The notes under the pieces are model-generated. The model worked only from the letters and a program-made list of their open reading frames with translations, searched no databases and had not been told where the DNA came from. Below are positions 61,119 to 64,000 of a stretch of 64,000 nucleotides of DNA, one piece after another (the first letter of the stretch is position 1; every line of letters starts with the position of its first letter). Position numbers and translations under genes: made by a program. Origin of the DNA: Nitrospirota bacterium. Lineage in GTDB: Bacteria > Nitrospirota > UBA9217. The stretch spans positions 256,001 to 320,000 of the forward strand of contig OY760142.1 in NCBI GenBank assembly GCA_963663225.1, in the 5' to 3' direction.

Positions 61119-61178
61119 CTTTCACGCTTTATGTGCGTCGTCATTCCGCTTTCGGAAAGTTCTCTGCCTTGACCGCTT

Positions 61179-61544
61179 TTACTTCACAAATTTTTTCACT
61201 ACCTCCATAAGCTGTTCCGGCTTGAATGGTTTCACGATCCAGCCGCTCGCCCCGGCGGATTTGCCTTCCGCTTTCTTTTCTTCCTGTGATTCCGTCGTCA
61301 GCATCACGATAGGAATAAATTTGTAATTCGGCATGATCCTGATTTGCTTGATCATCTCTATCCCGTCCATTTCCGGCATGTTGAGGTCGGTCACCACCAT
61401 GTCGATCGTCTGGCCGGTCATTTTCCCTATGGCGTCTTTGCCGTTCACCGCCCCGATAACGTCGTACCCTGCATCTTTCAGTGCAAAAGTCACCAGCTGC
61501 CTCATGGAAGCTGAGTCATCTACGACTAAAAATGTTTTTGCCAC
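61179..61544 (-). CDS. cheY: Chemotaxis response regulator CheY
   Basis: VVDDS, TDLNMP, MLTTES and GWIVKPF motifs. Confidence 0.93.
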   Translation of the reverse strand: MAKTFLVVDDSASMRQLVTFALKDAGYDVIGAVNGKDAIGKMTGQTIDMVVTDLNMPEMDGIEMIKQIRIMPNYKFIPIVMLTTESQEEKKAEGKSAGASGWIVKPFKPEQLMEVVKKFVK

Positions 61545-61562
61545 TGGAACTCCTCCTTGCTG

Positions 61563-62720
61563 CTACTTTCTCTCCGCCGAAAGCGTTGCCTGCATCACCA
61601 GACGCTCAGACTCCATGGTATACATGTTGCTGAGCCAGGACGCAATGCTGTCGGACGTGTGGTCATGAATTTTGACGCTCATGGTCTCCAGCCTGCTTAT
61701 GATATCTTCCGCGTCGGACTTGAATCTCATAAGCGGCTCTATGACATGTTCGATTCGCTGCCGGGTAATGTCCTGGAACTGCATGGAAACCATGATGGCG
61801 CTGATGTCTTTTGCCAGTCCTGCTGTCTCGGCAGTGAGTTCGTCCAGCTTCTTCTGGGTGCCGGTCATCGCTTCATTGATTTTTGCCAGTGCCTGTTCCA
61901 CGGCATGACCGGCTTCGTCTGCATGTGTGCTGCTGGCTGCGGCGCCGGCTTCATTTTTTGTTGAAATTGTTTTCATATCATCAGACATTTTTGTTATGAC
62001 GGTTCTGATGCGGTCCACTGCACTGTTGGAGCGCTCAGACAGCTTTCTGACTTCATCCGCCACAACGCCAAAACCCTTTCCGAACTCACCCGCCCGCACC
62101 GCTTCAATGGCGGCATTCAAAGCGAGCAGATTAGTCTGATGGGCTACATACTCAATGTCTGTTACGATCCGCTTGATCTCAGCGGTATCCGCGGTCATCA
62201 CTTTCATGTTTTGCATGGTTTCAGCCGTGATTGCATTGACCTCGTCCATGCTTCCGAGAACATTTTTGAATGTTTTCTGAGCTACGACCACGAGCGAAGC
62301 TTCATCGGCGGTGCCGGCAAACCCATTAAAAGCGTCAGCTGCTTTTGTTGACTGGCCGCGGGCACGCTCTACCATGTTCATAAACTTTTCACCCAGATCA
62401 AGCGCAGCTTGCTCCGTTTGATCCGTCACTTCACGGAGCTGGTTTACCAAAACCGGCACCAGTTGATTGGTGTTTTTCAGGTGTGCGGCCACCGGTCCCA
62501 CGATAGAATCCATTTCAGCAAGCAGCGCTTTCTGCTCTGCTTTATGGCCAGCATCAATTGATTGGAGTATTTTTTTTGAATACTTTAGAATAATAACAGA
62601 GGCCACAGCCCATACAATGACCAGGACAACCAATCGTATCTGCCAATTTCCGATAAAAGAGGGTGCTGCTAAAAAAAGCAGCATGAGAATTGTGTAAATC
62701 GCTAATCGTTGCTTATTCAT
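61563..62720 (-). CDS. Methyl-accepting chemotaxis protein without a periplasmic sensor
   Basis: Two adjacent TM helices; [13 protein letters not shown]; [14 protein letters not shown]. Confidence 0.9.
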   Translation of the reverse strand: MNKQRLAIYTILMLLFLAAPSFIGNWQIRLVVLVIVWAVASVIILKYSKKILQSIDAGHKAEQKALLAEMDSIVGPVAAHLKNTNQLVPVLVNQLREVTDQTEQAALDLGEKFMNMVERARGQSTKAADAFNGFAGTADEASLVVVAQKTFKNVLGSMDEVNAITAETMQNMKVMTADTAEIKRIVTDIEYVAHQTNLLALNAAIEAVRAGEFGKGFGVVADEVRKLSERSNSAVDRIRTVITKMSDDMKTISTKNEAGAAASSTHADEAGHAVEQALAKINEAMTGTQKKLDELTAETAGLAKDISAIMVSMQFQDITRQRIEHVIEPLMRFKSDAEDIISRLETMSVKIHDHTSDSIASWLSNMYTMESERLVMQATLSAERK

Positions 62721-62791
62721 GGATGTGGTCTCTTCTCACCGTTAAATTATTAACCGCTAATTGCAGAAGAATGATGACTCTTATTCAGTAC

Positions 62792-62818
62792 TTATCGCGC
62801 AAAACATTAAAAACTTTA
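62792..62818 (-). promoter_or_regulatory. Putative sigma28 promoter of the che operon
   Basis: Minus strand reads TAAA-GTTTTTAATGTTTTG(15)-CGCGATAA. Confidence 0.7.
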
Positions 62819-62850
62819 GCAAAATGTTGCAATTAATTTCATATAGCGTC

Positions 62851-63354
62851 TTACTGCTTAATCTGAAGGCTTGTCATTTTTTTAGTCAGTGTAACGGCTT
62901 TCTGCGGTTTTAAAAGGGCGACAACAGCCCCGGCTTTCTTGCTTTTCATCCTGAGCATGATCTGGGCAGCTGCGTCCGTGTCCATGGCCGAAAGCTGGGC
63001 AGCTGCGGCCTCCGGAGGCATTGCCTCATACAACTTCGCCATATTCAGCAGCCGCTCGTTCTGAATCTGTTCCGCACGTTTGAGTGACGCATCCACCTGG
63101 TTCAGCAATTTTGTATATTTCGCTATTTTTTCATCGACGTCTTTCTTGAGTATATTCAACCGCTCTTCTTCCTTCTTCAGAGCATCTTCCCGCGCCTTCA
63201 GTTCAATGCGCTTCTCTTCGACGACTTTAACGACATCATCCTGGGCACCGGCTGTTCCGACAGGCCAAAAAGAACCTGACAGTAACAAAGCTGTAAAAAC
63301 AACGTACTGTGCTATTATTGCCGCGTTTCTTTTGCCGTCTTTTGCTGATTTCAT
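62851..63354 (-). CDS. MotE/FlbB-like flagellar protein
   Basis: N-terminal hydrophobic segment, coiled coil, LYEAMPPEAAA and MKSKKAG; follows fliJ. Confidence 0.8.
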   Translation of the reverse strand: MKSAKDGKRNAAIIAQYVVFTALLLSGSFWPVGTAGAQDDVVKVVEEKRIELKAREDALKKEEERLNILKKDVDEKIAKYTKLLNQVDASLKRAEQIQNERLLNMAKLYEAMPPEAAAAQLSAMDTDAAAQIMLRMKSKKAGAVVALLKPQKAVTLTKKMTSLQIKQ

Positions 63355-63794
63355 CGATGTGCTCTCCGTGCGAGGAACTGATAATCCGCTTCCTTCTGGT
63401 CGCCCTTGTTCATCTGGAGCAATTCTTCATGAGTGATTTTCTCATGGAGGATTTCCATTAAACGATGTTCCTTGTGCGCTTCGTGCATGGCATGCTGCTT
63501 TTCGTTTAATTCGGCCTGGCGCACGAAAACGCATTTTTTTTGCTGTTCAATAAGCTTGCGGAGATGTTCAAAATATACATAAAAAAGATCCATTTCCCGT
63601 ATTCCAATGTTTCCCCGGTCCTGCCTGCGGCTGAATTCATCAAGGTGGACCCTGAGTTCTTCCTCCAAAGAATCGAGCTTCTCTTGTTCCTGGTCAAAAT
63701 CTCTCTGGGCTTTATGCACATCCGATTTCAGTTTTTCCTGGGCAAATTCCTTGAGCTTCAGGACCTTTGTCACTGTTTTATGTTTTCGCGTCAT
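63351..63794 (-). CDS. fliJ: Flagellar export protein FliJ
   Basis: 147-aa coiled coil directly after fliI; VLKLKE and DQKEAD. Confidence 0.88.
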   Translation of the reverse strand: MTRKHKTVTKVLKLKEFAQEKLKSDVHKAQRDFDQEQEKLDSLEEELRVHLDEFSRRQDRGNIGIREMDLFYVYFEHLRKLIEQQKKCVFVRQAELNEKQHAMHEAHKEHRLMEILHEKITHEELLQMNKGDQKEADYQFLARRAHR

Positions 63795-64000
63795 GAGCTT
63801 GTCCCTCCTTGCTCGAACGTACAGTATAAGCCTTGCAGGCTGTCGGCCATATCGCGTTGTTCCTTCATCCCCTGGCGAAGGTAGGTTCTGAGCGTATCGA
63901 TCATTTTAATGGCATAATCCACCTTGGGGTTGGATCCGCTTTTGTAGGCACCGAGGTTTATCATGTCTTCAAATTTCTTATAGGTGGCCATTGTTTCCAC
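63791..64000 (-). CDS. fliI: Flagellar export ATPase FliI, C-terminal fragment (truncated by the window edge)
   Basis: MATY..EDMINLGAYKSGSNP.VD.AI and YLRQ motifs. Confidence 0.92.
   Translation of the reverse strand: METMATYKKFEDMINLGAYKSGSNPKVDYAIKMIDTLRTYLRQGMKEQRDMADSLQGLYCTFEQGGTSS

Overview
Bacterial chromosomal window of about 50% GC. The gene repertoire suggests Nitrospirota or Desulfobacterota; this is inference, since no rRNA or other marker gene is present. Positions 1-12.6 kb hold housekeeping and accessory genes (M24 peptidase, NudC, REC-HD-GYP protein, aldo-keto reductase, two MFS transporters, lipoproteins). Positions 12.7-64 kb are a large flagellar and chemotaxis region: flgFGAHIJMNKL, fliK-flgD-flgE, a short flagellin plus a divergent paralog with alphaproteobacterial-type flbT/flaF, a sigma28 operon with HD-GYP, PilZ and two motAB stator pairs, a che cluster, and motE-fliJ-fliI. 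The most striking element sits between flgE and flaF, behind its own sigma54 promoter: a 13.3-kb pair of giant genes. The first encodes a 2735-aa protein fusing an O-carbamoyltransferase, a GT99/KpsC-like transferase, a SAM methyltransferase, a B12-dependent radical SAM enzyme, a SPASM-type radical SAM enzyme and TPRs. The second encodes a 1705-aa TPR-GT2-GT4-GT2-TPR-GT2-TPR glycosyltransferase. Together they are a candidate two-protein assembly line for building and tailoring a flagellin glycan. All domain calls come from motif recognition by eye; no searches were run. No rRNA, tRNA, CRISPR array or IS element was seen.
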